Below are positions 1-9,481 of a DNA stretch of 64,000 nucleotides, in pieces. Location of the stretch: contig JBMNKH010000004.1 in the NCBI GenBank assembly GCA_050952085.1, forward strand, positions 444,793-508,792. The letters run 5' to 3'. The translations under genes and the position numbers were made by a program. This DNA is from Bacillota bacterium. Its GTDB lineage: Bacteria > Bacillota > Sulfobacillia > Fermentithermobacillales > Fermentithermobacillaceae. The first letter of the stretch is position 1, and the number at the start of each line of letters is the position of its first letter. The notes beneath the pieces were generated by a model. It made no database searches. It was not told where the DNA came from and saw nothing but the letters and a program-made list of their open reading frames with translations.

Positions 1-836
1 GGGATATTGGACTTCTGGACGATCTCACTAAATCAGCGCAAGAAGCTGCCGCTAGGGTCCGGGACTTCGAACTTGAGACGCTTCTGTCAGGTGAATACGA
101 TTCAAGGGATGCAATTGTAACCCTCCATGCAGGTGCAGGCGGCACAGAAGCTATGGATTGGGTGAGCATGCTCTACCGGATGTATTCCCGTTGGGCGGAA
201 CGCAAAGGGTTCCAGATGGAAGCCCTCGATATACTCCCAGGAGAGGAGGCGGGACTCAAGAGCGTTAGCTTCTCTGTCCGGGGAGACTATGCCTACGGTT
301 TCCTGCGCACTGAGAAGGGGGTCCACAGGCTTGTAAGGATTTCCCCGTTTGACGCAAACCAGCGGCGCCATACTTCTTTTGCGTCAGTTGATGTGTTGCC
401 TGAAATCGAGGAAGAGGCCGAGATAGACCTCAACCCTGAAGAACTCAAGATTGACACCTTTAGGTCTTCAGGTGCCGGCGGGCAGCATGTGAACAAGACC
501 GATTCTGCGGTACGGATAACCCACATCCCCACGGGTATAGTCGTGACGTGTCAAAACGAACGCTCCCAGCACTCTAACAGGGCGGTAGCTATGAGGATGC
601 TCAAAGCGAAGCTCCTGGCACTAAAGGAAGAAGAGCGGCTCAAGCAAATCGAGGCGCTCAGAGGGCCTCAAAAGGAGATAGCATGGGGCAGCCAGATAAG
701 ATCTTATGTGTTCCAACCATACACCTTGGTCAAGGATCACCGTACCGGAGTTGAAGCCGGCAGTGTAGAAAGGGTAATGGACGGTGACATTGACGATTTC
801 ATATACGCCAAACTGAGGCAGGATGCATTAGGGTAG
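1..836 (+). CDS. prfB: Peptide chain release factor 2, 3' portion. The 5' end and the programmed +1 frameshift site lie upstream of the window.
   Basis: Frame-3 translation from the window start reads [26 protein letters not shown], continuing into [26 protein letters not shown] (GGQ motif) and the RF2-type C-terminus. Stop codon at 834-836. Confidence 0.92.
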   Translation, partial: DIGLLDDLTKSAQEAAARVRDFELETLLSGEYDSRDAIVTLHAGAGGTEAMDWVSMLYRMYSRWAERKGFQMEALDILPGEEAGLKSVSFSVRGDYAYGFLRTEKGVHRLVRISPFDANQRRHTSFASVDVLPEIEEEAEIDLNPEELKIDTFRSSGAGGQHVNKTDSAVRITHIPTGIVVTCQNERSQHSNRAVAMRMLKAKLLALKEEERLKQIEALRGPQKEIAWGSQIRSYVFQPYTLVKDHRTGVEAGSVERVMDGDIDDFIYAKLRQDALG

Positions 837-853
837 GGAAAGGAGAGCCCAAA

Positions 854-1273
854 ATGGCAAGCAAGAAGAAAGGTTTAGTCTATGCAGTTTTGATGGTATC
901 ACTAGGCGCTGCCCTTGGATGGTTCGGCAAAGGGTTTGCTGCTTCGGACATGCCGTTGCCGGGGAGCGAAGGTGACCCCTTAGTTACCAGGGCGTATGTT
1001 GAATCAAGGCTAAAGATGTCTGTGATTGAACTTGCCCCGGGGCAAATCCTGAGAGGGTATTCAGGCACTGAAATCATCCTCAGGGGCGGACAAGCTACTG
1101 TAATAGATTCAGACCTTGGAGGCCTGTGCGACGTTACCCAGGGCGTGGATCTCAAGGGTGGCGAGGCAGTCCCTGCCAACCACCTGTTGCTTGTTCCCAG
1201 GGATGACGGAAGGGGAATTAGGGCCACAACCGATGTGATTGTCATGGTTAGAGGCGGGTTCAAAACAGAGTAG
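854..1273 (+). CDS. Hypothetical exported/membrane-anchored protein (N-terminal hydrophobic segment, Gly-rich beta-type domain)
   Basis: ATG at 854 preceded by AAGGAGAG RBS. N-terminal KKK plus hydrophobic helix. No family recognised from sequence alone. Confidence 0.5.
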   Translation: MASKKKGLVYAVLMVSLGAALGWFGKGFAASDMPLPGSEGDPLVTRAYVESRLKMSVIELAPGQILRGYSGTEIILRGGQATVIDSDLGGLCDVTQGVDLKGGEAVPANHLLLVPRDDGRGIRATTDVIVMVRGGFKTE

Positions 1274-1297
1274 TACGACACGGTAGGTCCGGGGACG

Positions 1298-2389
1298 TCA
1301 CTCAAGACAAGCCAAAACCATGTCTATGTTTTGCTGGGCCAGGGAGCGGAATCGTGGCAGGTGTTGCTGAAGCGCCTGCCTTAAGTTATCCCCGTCTTGC
1401 ATGAAAGCCTCAAATTCATCCCTCATGTTGAAATTGGGCCGGGCAGGATCAGGATTTGGCAGTACCGGGCAACCGGCACCCCTGCAGAAAGCACCGATTT
1501 TCGGGTCTATCTCTACTCCCATGAACGGAACCTGGACCCTGGCTGAGAGTATCAACGTGTGCAAGCGCATCCCCAGGCAGTACTCTCCCTTCTCCAGGAT
1601 ACTCAAGGCATCTTCAGGCGAAATGCCCGAGACTGTACCCATGGGCTCTTGCCCGGACGAAACCAGCTCCCGGTTGAGGATTTGAGCAACCCCGAGGTCA
1701 CGCTGCTGCATTGCCAGAAAACACGGCTCTAGACTTTCTTGTCTCAACCAGCCTACCAGATCCACGACTTGCTGCAGGTACCACGGCGGGGTGTTCGTGT
1801 GGCGCAAAGCTATCCATACTATCCCTTTGGAAGAATCTACCCCGTGCTCTTTGAGGATTGACTCAGCCACGTGATCAGACGACGGATCCAGCAGAAAGGC
1901 CGGATCTGCAGTTACTTGTACCTCTAACGGCACTCCGAGCTTTCTCAGTTCGGCCTTGGATTCAACATCCCTCACGGTTATTGCCTTGACCCTTGATAGC
2001 GTGTGCCTGGTGAGAACCCTGCCTATCTTGGAACTGATAGGGCCAATCCCGTTTGCATACACCACTACAGGCTTCCCAACCAAGTGCGACACACGGATGA
2101 TCGAAAGATAGTAAATCAGGGACCTTAGAGAAGTAAGGTCTTGGAGCAGACTGCCCCCGCCGAAAACCACAAGATCCGCCAGGTTAACCGCTTTTAGTAC
2201 CTGGGCCGGGTTCATCCTGTGGAATGCTCTTACGCCGTAAGTGCTACCGGTTTCTTCAGGGTGTTCCGATAACACCATGAGCTCGAGCTCCGGGCGTGCT
2301 TTTCTAAGAGCTTTGACCGTGGAAGCGAGAATCGCCTCGTCTCCCGTGTTGCCAAAGCCGTAGTATCCTGATAGGAGGATACGTTTCAC
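1298..2389 (-). CDS. csaB: Polysaccharide pyruvyl transferase CsaB
   Basis: VKRILLSGYYGFGNTGDEAIL N-terminal signature of the PS_pyruv_trans/CsaB family. Probable GTG start at 2389; the longer ORF to 2431 lacks a family-typical N-terminus. Confidence 0.82.
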   Translation of the reverse strand: MKRILLSGYYGFGNTGDEAILASTVKALRKARPELELMVLSEHPEETGSTYGVRAFHRMNPAQVLKAVNLADLVVFGGGSLLQDLTSLRSLIYYLSIIRVSHLVGKPVVVYANGIGPISSKIGRVLTRHTLSRVKAITVRDVESKAELRKLGVPLEVQVTADPAFLLDPSSDHVAESILKEHGVDSSKGIVWIALRHTNTPPWYLQQVVDLVGWLRQESLEPCFLAMQQRDLGVAQILNRELVSSGQEPMGTVSGISPEDALSILEKGEYCLGMRLHTLILSARVQVPFMGVEIDPKIGAFCRGAGCPVLPNPDPARPNFNMRDEFEAFMQDGDNLRQALQQHLPRFRSLAQQNIDMVLACLE

Positions 2390-2466
2390 ATCTAAGCACC
2401 CCGCTTCCCCGGCACAACCGGTACTTCCCACCTTTTAGCTTCTGACGGGATCATAACAGAAAAACC

Positions 2467-3372
2467 TTGCTCCCCCAAGCAGCATTAGCTAGGCGTGAAA
2501 ACAGAGGATTGGATGGACTTGTTGTAGAAAAGTGGCGTAAGATACTCATGGTGTATCAGAAAAGGGTGAATGCTGACTTGTCTGTAAGAATTTTGGGCGT
2601 GGAATTCTATCCTATAACCTTTCAAGGTGCAATGAATGCCTTGGACTGGATGATGACCCGGGAAGACAATTGCACCAGGCTTGTGGTGACTGCAAACCCG
2701 ATCATGGTCATAGCTGCCCAAAGAGACCGGGCATTCATGGAAATCCTAGAGAACGCTCACCTAGTGGTGCCTGACGGGACGGGCATCCTTTGGGCTGCCA
2801 GGAAGCAAGGCGTTGAGCTGCCTGAAAGGGTTACAGGAGTTGATCTCGCCTATGCCCTCTTAAGGAAAAAACCTTCCCCGAGATTCTTCTTTGCCGGCGG
2901 CAAGCCCGGGGTGGCAGAAAAAGCTGCCGAAAACGTGATCAGGTCAATACCGGGCGTCAGAATATGCGGTACACACCACGGTTACTTTAAGCCGGAAGAA
3001 GAGGAACAGGTAGTCGAAAAGATCGCTGCCGCCAGGCCGGATGTGGTTTTCTGTGCCATGGGTTCTCCCAGGCAGGAGAAGTTCGTCTGGAAACACAGGA
3101 ACCGTTTGGGAGCTAAAGTAGGAATCGGGCTGGGAGGAGTACTGGATATACTTTCAGGGACCAAGAAGAGAGCTCCTGTTCGCATACAACAAGCGGGGTT
3201 GGAATGGCTCTGGAGGATGATTTTGGAGCCTGCAAGGATCAAACGTAACCTGGGGCTGTTGGAGTTTGCCGCCAGGATTCAGCTGCAAAGTTGGTTTGAC
3301 CGGACAAGGGAAAAAGGAGAGTTACATGATGCACACAGCAGGGAGCAAGAAGAGTCAGATACAGTTTATTAA
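2467..3372 (+). CDS. tagA: WecB/TagA/CpsF family glycosyltransferase (UDP-ManNAc transferase). Start is uncertain, possibly about 2548. The C-terminal tail is unusually long.
   Basis: TANPIMVIAAQRDRAFMEI...VVPDGTGILWAARKQG...GLEWLWRMILEP motifs of the TagA/WecG family. The ORF overruns into the transketolase start region. Confidence 0.78.
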   Translation: MLPQAALARRENRGLDGLVVEKWRKILMVYQKRVNADLSVRILGVEFYPITFQGAMNALDWMMTREDNCTRLVVTANPIMVIAAQRDRAFMEILENAHLVVPDGTGILWAARKQGVELPERVTGVDLAYALLRKKPSPRFFFAGGKPGVAEKAAENVIRSIPGVRICGTHHGYFKPEEEEQVVEKIAAARPDVVFCAMGSPRQEKFVWKHRNRLGAKVGIGLGGVLDILSGTKKRAPVRIQQAGLEWLWRMILEPARIKRNLGLLEFAARIQLQSWFDRTREKGELHDAHSREQEESDTVY

Positions 3373-4171
3373 GCAAAAGGCCCGGGAAATCAGGATTGAC
3401 ATTGTTAAGATGACCGCTAAAGCAGGGTCAGGCCATCCCGGCGGTTCCCTTTCAAGTGCAGACATAGTGGCAGCGTTGTACTTTGGGGACGTATTGAGGG
3501 TCAAGCATGATGAGCCGGATTGGCCCGACCGGGACAGGTTTGTTTTGAGCAAGGGCCATGCGGCGCCGGTGCTCTACTCGGCCCTGGCCAGACGTGGCTT
3601 TTTCCCGGAGGAGTGGCTGGATACCCTCAGGCAACTAGGTTCGCCTCTCCAAGGCCACCCAGACTGTAAGAGAGTGCCTGGGGTAGAAGTGTCCACAGGT
3701 TCTTTGGGCCAGGGGCTTTCCATGGCAGTAGGCATGGCCCTGGCAGGCAAGCTGGATAGAAAGGATTACAATGTGTGGGTACTCCTGGGTGACGGGGAAT
3801 GCCAGGAAGGCCAGGTCTGGGAAGCCGCCATGGCTGCAAGCCACTACAAACTCGACAACCTCATAGCCATCGTTGATAACAACGGGCTTCAGATAGACGG
3901 AAAGGTAGAAGACGTCATGGGCGTGTCCCCCATAGATGACAAGTTCAAAGCCTTTGGCTGGCATGTGTTCAGGGTGGACGGCCACAAGGTTGATCTGCTC
4001 ATGGATGTGTTCAGGCAGGCGCTGGATGTCAAAGGCAAGCCTGCAGTGATAGTGGCTGACACCGTGAAAGGCAAGGGAGTCAGCTTCATGGAAGGCGAGA
4101 AAGACTGGCATGGGAAGACGCCAAACGCCGGCCAGCTGGAGGAAGCGTTGGAGCAACTAGAGGCCATCTAG
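3326..4171 (+). CDS. Transketolase, N-terminal (TPP-binding) subunit
   Basis: GSGHPGGSLSSADIVAALYF...LLGDGECQEGQVWEAAMAASHYKLDNLIAIVDNNGLQIDG. AAAAAGGAGAG RBS before ATG at 3326. The six-frame ORF starts earlier, at 3266. Confidence 0.9.
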   Translation: MMHTAGSKKSQIQFIKQKAREIRIDIVKMTAKAGSGHPGGSLSSADIVAALYFGDVLRVKHDEPDWPDRDRFVLSKGHAAPVLYSALARRGFFPEEWLDTLRQLGSPLQGHPDCKRVPGVEVSTGSLGQGLSMAVGMALAGKLDRKDYNVWVLLGDGECQEGQVWEAAMAASHYKLDNLIAIVDNNGLQIDGKVEDVMGVSPIDDKFKAFGWHVFRVDGHKVDLLMDVFRQALDVKGKPAVIVADTVKGKGVSFMEGEKDWHGKTPNAGQLEEALEQLEAI

Positions 4172-4205
4172 GAAATAAGATAAGCATTGAAAAAGGTGAT
4201 ATGGG

Positions 4206-5189
4206 ATGTCTGAAATGAAGGCAACAAGGGACGCGTACGGGGAGACTTTGTTAGAGCTGGGCAGGCAGAATCCTGACATTGTGGTGCTTGACGCTGACCT
4301 GTCTTCGTCAACCAGGACTTCTGTTTTCGCCAAGGAGTTTCCTGAACGGTTCTTCAATGTAGGGATAGCAGAAGCAAATATGATTGGGATCGCAGCCGGC
4401 CTGGCCCATTCAGGCAAGCTTCCTTTTGCGTCAACCTTTGCAGTGTTTGCAACAGGCAGGACGTACGATCAGGTCCGCCAGTCTATTGCTTACTCCGGGT
4501 TCAACGTGAAGATTGCCGCTTCCCACGCGGGGATCACTGTGGGGGAAGACGGTGCTACCCATCAAGCTTTGGAAGATATCGCGCTTATGAGGGCACTCCC
4601 TGGGATGACAGTGCTTGTGCCATGTGATGCCAGGCAAACCCGTCTCGCGGTCATGGCTGCTGCTGCCCACCAAGGCCCGGTGTACATACGGCTGGGCAGG
4701 GCAAAAACGCCCCAGGTATACCCCCAGGATGCCGGGTTTGAGATTGGCAAAGGGCTGGTACTGTGGCCCGAGCCTGAGATTCAAGGCAGGTACAATGCTG
4801 TACTGGAAGGGGATCGCGTTTTCGATGTTGCTTTCGTTGCGTGCGGTATCACTGTGGGGCTGGCCCTGGAAGCGGCACGCACCCTGGAAGGCGAAGGTAT
4901 ATCGTGTTTGGTTGCAGATATGGCTTCGGTAAAGCCGGTTGATGAAGACCTGCTGGTTAAGATCGCAAGGTGCAGCAAGGCCATGGTCACTTGCGAGGAG
5001 CACAGCGTAATCGGAGGTTTAGGTAGCGCGGTGTGCCAGGTCACGGCCTGCAACCATCCTGTTCCTGTCGTCACTTTGGGGATAAACGATGAGTTCGGGG
5101 AATCAGGATCAGCTGAAGAATTGATGAAGCATTACGGGCTAACTTCCGAACATTATTGCAAGGTCGCGCGTGAGCTTACAAAGGGCTAA
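4206..5189 (+). CDS. Transketolase, C-terminal (pyrimidine-binding) subunit
   Basis: FPERFFNVGIAEANMIGIAAGLA...HAGITVGEDGATHQALEDIALMRALP. This is the split-transketolase arrangement. Confidence 0.9.
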   Translation: MSEMKATRDAYGETLLELGRQNPDIVVLDADLSSSTRTSVFAKEFPERFFNVGIAEANMIGIAAGLAHSGKLPFASTFAVFATGRTYDQVRQSIAYSGFNVKIAASHAGITVGEDGATHQALEDIALMRALPGMTVLVPCDARQTRLAVMAAAAHQGPVYIRLGRAKTPQVYPQDAGFEIGKGLVLWPEPEIQGRYNAVLEGDRVFDVAFVACGITVGLALEAARTLEGEGISCLVADMASVKPVDEDLLVKIARCSKAMVTCEEHSVIGGLGSAVCQVTACNHPVPVVTLGINDEFGESGSAEELMKHYGLTSEHYCKVARELTKG

Positions 5190-5304
5190 AGGAGATCTAG
5201 AGCAGAATTATGCAGGTTCCCGGCTTTTCCAGTTTTTTCGGGAACAGGATTGGGTCAGATTGTGTCGAATCATATAACAGTGCAGTGGTTGCTGACTCCG
5301 GCAG

Positions 5305-5997
5305 GTGACATACTCTTTGATTAGCGTAAGAAATGTTTCTAAGGTATATAACGGCAGTGTAAAGGCCCTTGACAGTGTGTCTTTGCATATAGAAAAGGGC
5401 GAATTTGTTTTTGTAGTGGGCGCAAGCGGCGCCGGCAAATCGACCCTTATAAAAATGATGTACCGGGAAGAGACTCCTTCCAGCGGTCAGGTGTTTGTTC
5501 TGGGGAAGGACCTGTCAAGAATACGCAGGCGTGAGGTCCCTTACCTCAGGCGCAGGATTGGCGTGGTGTTCCAGGATTTCAAACTCCTAGAGGAGAAGAA
5601 CGCCTGGGAAAACGTATCCTTTGCCCTTGAGGTTACAGGCACTCCCAGGCGCGAAATAAACAGGAGAGTCAGCCAGGTACTCAACCTTGTTGGCCTGCTG
5701 GACAGGCGGGATGCCTTTCCAAGCGAGCTTTCAGGGGGCGAACAGCAAAGGATAGCTATAGCCAGGGCGCTTGTGAGGAATCCTGATATCTTGCTTGCGG
5801 ACGAGCCTTCAGGCAACCTCGATCCCAAAACATCCATGGAAATCTTCAATCTCCTGGAACGTGCCAGTCTTTACGGGACAACGCTGGTTGTAGCTACCCA
5901 CGCCCAGGATATCGTCAACAAGCTGAGAAAGCGGGTTGTGGAACTCAGGGACGGTACCCTTGTGCGGGATGAAAGAAGAGGGGCGTATAACTATTGA
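5305..5997 (+). CDS. ftsE: Cell division ATP-binding protein FtsE
   Basis: Walker A GASGAGKST, ABC signature LSGGEQQRIAIARAL, Walker B ILLADEP. GTG start. Immediately followed by ftsX. Confidence 0.92.
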   Translation: MTYSLISVRNVSKVYNGSVKALDSVSLHIEKGEFVFVVGASGAGKSTLIKMMYREETPSSGQVFVLGKDLSRIRRREVPYLRRRIGVVFQDFKLLEEKNAWENVSFALEVTGTPRREINRRVSQVLNLVGLLDRRDAFPSELSGGEQQRIAIARALVRNPDILLADEPSGNLDPKTSMEIFNLLERASLYGTTLVVATHAQDIVNKLRKRVVELRDGTLVRDERRGAYNY

Positions 5998-6878
5998 GAC
6001 TCATAGGATACATGTTTTCTCAAGCTTTCCGCAGTATATGGCGGAACAAGCTTTCGTCATTCCTTTCTGCGCTTACAACAGGATTCGCCCTTTTTCTGCT
6101 TGGGACAAGTTTCCTGGTCAGCATCAACCTAGGTTTTATGTATCAGATGGCTGAAACTCAGATGGAGATCCAAGCTTATATGAACAAAGAAGCTACTTAC
6201 TCAGAACTGGCAAGCGCCGCGACCCAGATACGGGAAATGCCGGGTGTGAGTGAAGTGAAGTTCGTCAGCAAGGAAGACGCCCTGGAAGAACTCAGGGAGA
6301 TGTTCAAGGATAAAGCGTCGGTGCTTGATTCACTGGAAGAGGACAACCCCCTCCCGCCTAGCGTCAGGATCAAGACTGTAGGCGCAGAGGAGATTCCCGG
6401 CGTGGTGGAAGCGCTTAAGAGCATTGACGTTGTAGACGATGTAATGTATCAGGAAGAAGTATCAAAGCGGCTTGTGCAAGTAGGCAAAGCCGTGCAATAC
6501 CTGTCCCTGGGCGGGATGCTGGTTGTAGGTCTTGTGTCTGTGATGGTCATAGCCAACTCTATCAGGCTTGCTATTGACGCCCGGAGGCAGGAGATCGGGA
6601 TAATGAAACTTGTGGGGGCTACTGACGGTTTCGTGCTGATGCCTTTTCTGTTTGAAGGGATTTTCCTCGGGTTTCTGGGCAGCGCTCTGGGAACAGGGTT
6701 TGCCCTTGGGGCTTACAACTGGGTTGCCGGGAAGATCGCCGAGTTTATACCCTTCATGCCAATAGTAGGGTTGGATAGCAGGTCCATATGGGACATGTTC
6801 GGGATAATGGCTTTGACAGGTGTCATGGTTGGGCTTACAGGCTCAGCTTTTTCAGTGAGGCGGCATCTTAGAGTCTAG
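5994..6878 (+). CDS. ftsX: Cell division permease FtsX
   Basis: N-terminal TM helix, large extracellular loop, three C-terminal TM helices. Start overlaps the ftsE stop (ATGA coupling). Confidence 0.9.
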   Translation: MRLIGYMFSQAFRSIWRNKLSSFLSALTTGFALFLLGTSFLVSINLGFMYQMAETQMEIQAYMNKEATYSELASAATQIREMPGVSEVKFVSKEDALEELREMFKDKASVLDSLEEDNPLPPSVRIKTVGAEEIPGVVEALKSIDVVDDVMYQEEVSKRLVQVGKAVQYLSLGGMLVVGLVSVMVIANSIRLAIDARRQEIGIMKLVGATDGFVLMPFLFEGIFLGFLGSALGTGFALGAYNWVAGKIAEFIPFMPIVGLDSRSIWDMFGIMALTGVMVGLTGSAFSVRRHLRV

Positions 6879-6899
6879 AGTTACCGGAGGCACATACAT

Positions 6900-8051
6900 A
6901 TGAGGAGAGGAAGAACCGTTTATTTCTGCGTGTTTTGCCTGGTTTTGCTGGCATTGGCAGTACACGCCCTTCCGGTTGCCCGGGCAGGCATACTGGATGA
7001 GAAATATGCAGAACTTGAGCAAATGCAGAAAGAGATCGAAGAAACCAGAAAACAAATCGAGGCAAAACGGCGCTCAGAAAGCTCTGTAATCAAGGAACTT
7101 GAACAGCTTGAACTTGAACTTGAACTTGCCCAGAGAGAACTTGACTACCTGCTGGCCAGGATACAGTATCTTGCAGACAGGATAGAAGAAACTGAGAAAG
7201 AAATCGCCGAGGTAGAAAAGAAGACACAAGAAAAAAAGGACCTGTTTTGCGACAGGCTGGTTTGCATGTACAAGGCAGGTAGAACTTCATACCTTGAAGT
7301 CCTCCTCGACTCAAAGAGCGTATCTGAGTTCATGGCCAGGCTCTATTACCTCCGCGAAATTGCCCAGGACGATGCACGGCTAATAGAAGAATACAAGGCA
7401 CTCAAGCAGGAACTCACCGAAAAGAAAGAGATGCTAGAACAAGATGTGCAAGATCTTACGGTGGCAAAGGCCCAGCAAGAGCAAAAGAGGGCTGCAGTTG
7501 CCTCCCGCAGCGCCGACAGGGAGCGGTACTTGGCCCAGATCCAACAGGACCGCAAGCAACTTGAGGAAGCCCTTGACCAAATCGAGCGGGAATCCAAAGC
7601 TTTGGAACAGGTGATCAGGGATCTACAGGCCCAGGGCCACCAACGTGAGAAGAAGGAAGGGCTTGCCATGATACGCCCTGTTCAAGGCGGCTGGGTAAGC
7701 TCTGAATACGGCAACAGGTGGCATCCTGTATTGCAGTATTACAGGTTCCATGCCGGCATTGACATTGCGGTGGACAGCGGTGTTCCTATTAAAGCCGCAG
7801 AGGATGGTACTGTCATCGTGGCCACCAGGGATTCGGGTTACGGGTATTACGTGGTCATAGACCACGGGGGAGGCATATCTACCCTTTACGCCCACTGTTC
7901 AAAACTGCTTGTAAACAAGGGTGACGTGGTGACGCGAGGGCAGACAATCGCCCTGGTAGGGAGCACGGGTATGTCCACAGGCCCCCACCTCCACTTTGAA
8001 GTGCGCGTAAACGGCGCCACAGATGATCCAAGGAAGTGGGTTCAGTTCTAG
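6900..8051 (+). CDS. M23 family peptidoglycan metalloendopeptidase with a long N-terminal coiled coil (EnvC/PcsB-like, FtsEX-associated)
   Basis: Signal peptide, about 230 aa of heptad-like E/K/Q-rich sequence, then M23 motifs HAGIDIAVDSG...YGYYVVIDHGGGISTLYAHC...GPHLHFEVRVNG. Confidence 0.85.
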   Translation: MRRGRTVYFCVFCLVLLALAVHALPVARAGILDEKYAELEQMQKEIEETRKQIEAKRRSESSVIKELEQLELELELAQRELDYLLARIQYLADRIEETEKEIAEVEKKTQEKKDLFCDRLVCMYKAGRTSYLEVLLDSKSVSEFMARLYYLREIAQDDARLIEEYKALKQELTEKKEMLEQDVQDLTVAKAQQEQKRAAVASRSADRERYLAQIQQDRKQLEEALDQIERESKALEQVIRDLQAQGHQREKKEGLAMIRPVQGGWVSSEYGNRWHPVLQYYRFHAGIDIAVDSGVPIKAAEDGTVIVATRDSGYGYYVVIDHGGGISTLYAHCSKLLVNKGDVVTRGQTIALVGSTGMSTGPHLHFEVRVNGATDDPRKWVQF

Positions 8052-8091
8052 GATAGGACGCATAACCAAGCTAAGACCGGAGCATGTTTGG

Positions 8092-8128
8092 GGCTGCCGG
8101 CAGTTTCCGCCTGGCAGCCTGGTTTTTT
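8092..8128 (+). terminator. Rho-independent terminator after the ftsEX-M23 operon
   Basis: GGCTGCCGG / CTGGCAGCC 9-bp stem with 10-nt loop, followed by TGGTTTTTT. Confidence 0.6.
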
Positions 8129-8325
8129 CAACGTGGTGGAATCCGGCCAGCGTCAATATTGCCTCGTGTTTCCGCCATATCACAGCTTGCCTTTGGCCTT
8201 GTCAGATATAGAAGCGAATCATCCAGATGTGCTAGACTGAATATAACTTAGTCCGGTAGTTTCAGACTAGTCTGTTAGTTTGCTTCCACGTGTGTATCTT
8301 GGAAACCAGGAAAGCGGTGATGTAA

Positions 8326-9450
8326 GTGGATACGATATCCAGGTCAAAGGCGGTAAGGTTATGCATCATCAGTGCTCTTGTAGCGGCCTTGCTAACTGCC
8401 GGCCTTGGCGCATATGCTTTGATACAGTTCACTCCGGTGGGCAAAGTTCTCGGCATTGTACGGCTGCTTGAACAAGCCTACTACAAAGACTTCGACCAGG
8501 CACAGGTTCTGGAGGGCGCCGCCAGGGGCGTTGTGGCAGCCTTGGGCGACCCGTACTCTGTGTATATGACCCAGGAGGAATGGGCTGAGTTCTATATACG
8601 CACAAGCGGCGAGTATTCAGGAATCGGTGTGACCATAACTGAGAAAGACGGCGGGGTATGCATCGTATCGCCTATGAAGGGCACGCCTGCAGAAGCGGCC
8701 GGCCTCAGAGTCAATGATTTCATAATAAAAGTTGACGGTAAGCCTGTATCCAGCAGTGATGAAGCAGCAGCTCTCATCAGGGGGCCTGCAGGCACTGAAG
8801 TGGTGATCACCATATACCGGGACGGGGATATGTTTGACGTGGCTATTGTAAGGGAAGACATAACCATCCCTGCAGTTGACTACTCCATGAAAGAAGAAGG
8901 GATAGGCTACATTGAACTAATAACCTTCAACGAGCATTCCAGCTTTGCCATGGCAGAAGCCATGCGTGAACTCGACGCCCAGGGCGCTAAAGCATACATC
9001 CTGGACCTGCGCTACAACGGTGGCGGGTTGCTCGACAGGTGCATCGATATTGCCAGGTTGTTCGTTCCTGAAGGCAATGTGGTGACGGTTAAGGGCAAGT
9101 CTTTTGAAGAAACAAGTTACACCTCCAAGGGGCCCGGGTTGGATAAGCCTTTGTTCGTATTGGTCAACGGGGGAACGGCCAGCGCTTCTGAAATCCTGGC
9201 AGGAGCTATTCAGGATTACCAGGTGGGAACACTGATAGGCACTACCACTTTCGGCAAAGGCCTGGTGCAGAATTCGTTCAAACTCAAGGACGGTTCTGTT
9301 GTAAAAGTGACCATAGCTGAGTATTTTACTCCTAACGGCCGTTCGATTAATGGCAAAGGGCTTGAGCCGGACATAATGGTAGAAGGGGACGATGAACAGC
9401 TGGCCAAAGCTGTTGAACTGGCCAGGGCTGAGCTTTCAGGAGCGTCGTAA
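8326..9450 (+). CDS. ctpA: Carboxyl-terminal processing protease (S41 family, PDZ-containing)
   Basis: N-terminal TM anchor, PDZ (GLRVNDFIIKVDGKPV), S41 core LDLRYNGGGLL...GTASASEILAGAIQDY...TFGKGLVQ. Confidence 0.88.
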   Translation: MDTISRSKAVRLCIISALVAALLTAGLGAYALIQFTPVGKVLGIVRLLEQAYYKDFDQAQVLEGAARGVVAALGDPYSVYMTQEEWAEFYIRTSGEYSGIGVTITEKDGGVCIVSPMKGTPAEAAGLRVNDFIIKVDGKPVSSSDEAAALIRGPAGTEVVITIYRDGDMFDVAIVREDITIPAVDYSMKEEGIGYIELITFNEHSSFAMAEAMRELDAQGAKAYILDLRYNGGGLLDRCIDIARLFVPEGNVVTVKGKSFEETSYTSKGPGLDKPLFVLVNGGTASASEILAGAIQDYQVGTLIGTTTFGKGLVQNSFKLKDGSVVKVTIAEYFTPNGRSINGKGLEPDIMVEGDDEQLAKAVELARAELSGAS

Positions 9451-9481
9451 TCCAGGCACTTGTACGAAAGGGGCAATAGGT

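Noticed and set aside
880-1305. 141-aa minus-strand ORF antisense to the 854-1273 gene, and similar antisense ORFs elsewhere (for example 3635-4156, 11949-12578, 40466-41125, 41133-41753)
   Set aside because: All lie fully inside stronger, family-assignable genes on the other strand. Their Ser/Pro/Arg-rich composition is typical of antisense frames in GC-rich coding DNA.
5211-5247. Hairpin GTTCCCG...CGGGAAC after transketolase as a terminator
   Set aside because: The loop is long (16 nt) and there is no downstream T-tract. At most it is a weak structure.
7098-7125. (CTTGAA)x3 microsatellite
   Set aside because: It lies inside the coiled-coil coding region of the M23 peptidase and simply encodes ELELEL. 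It is not an independent element.
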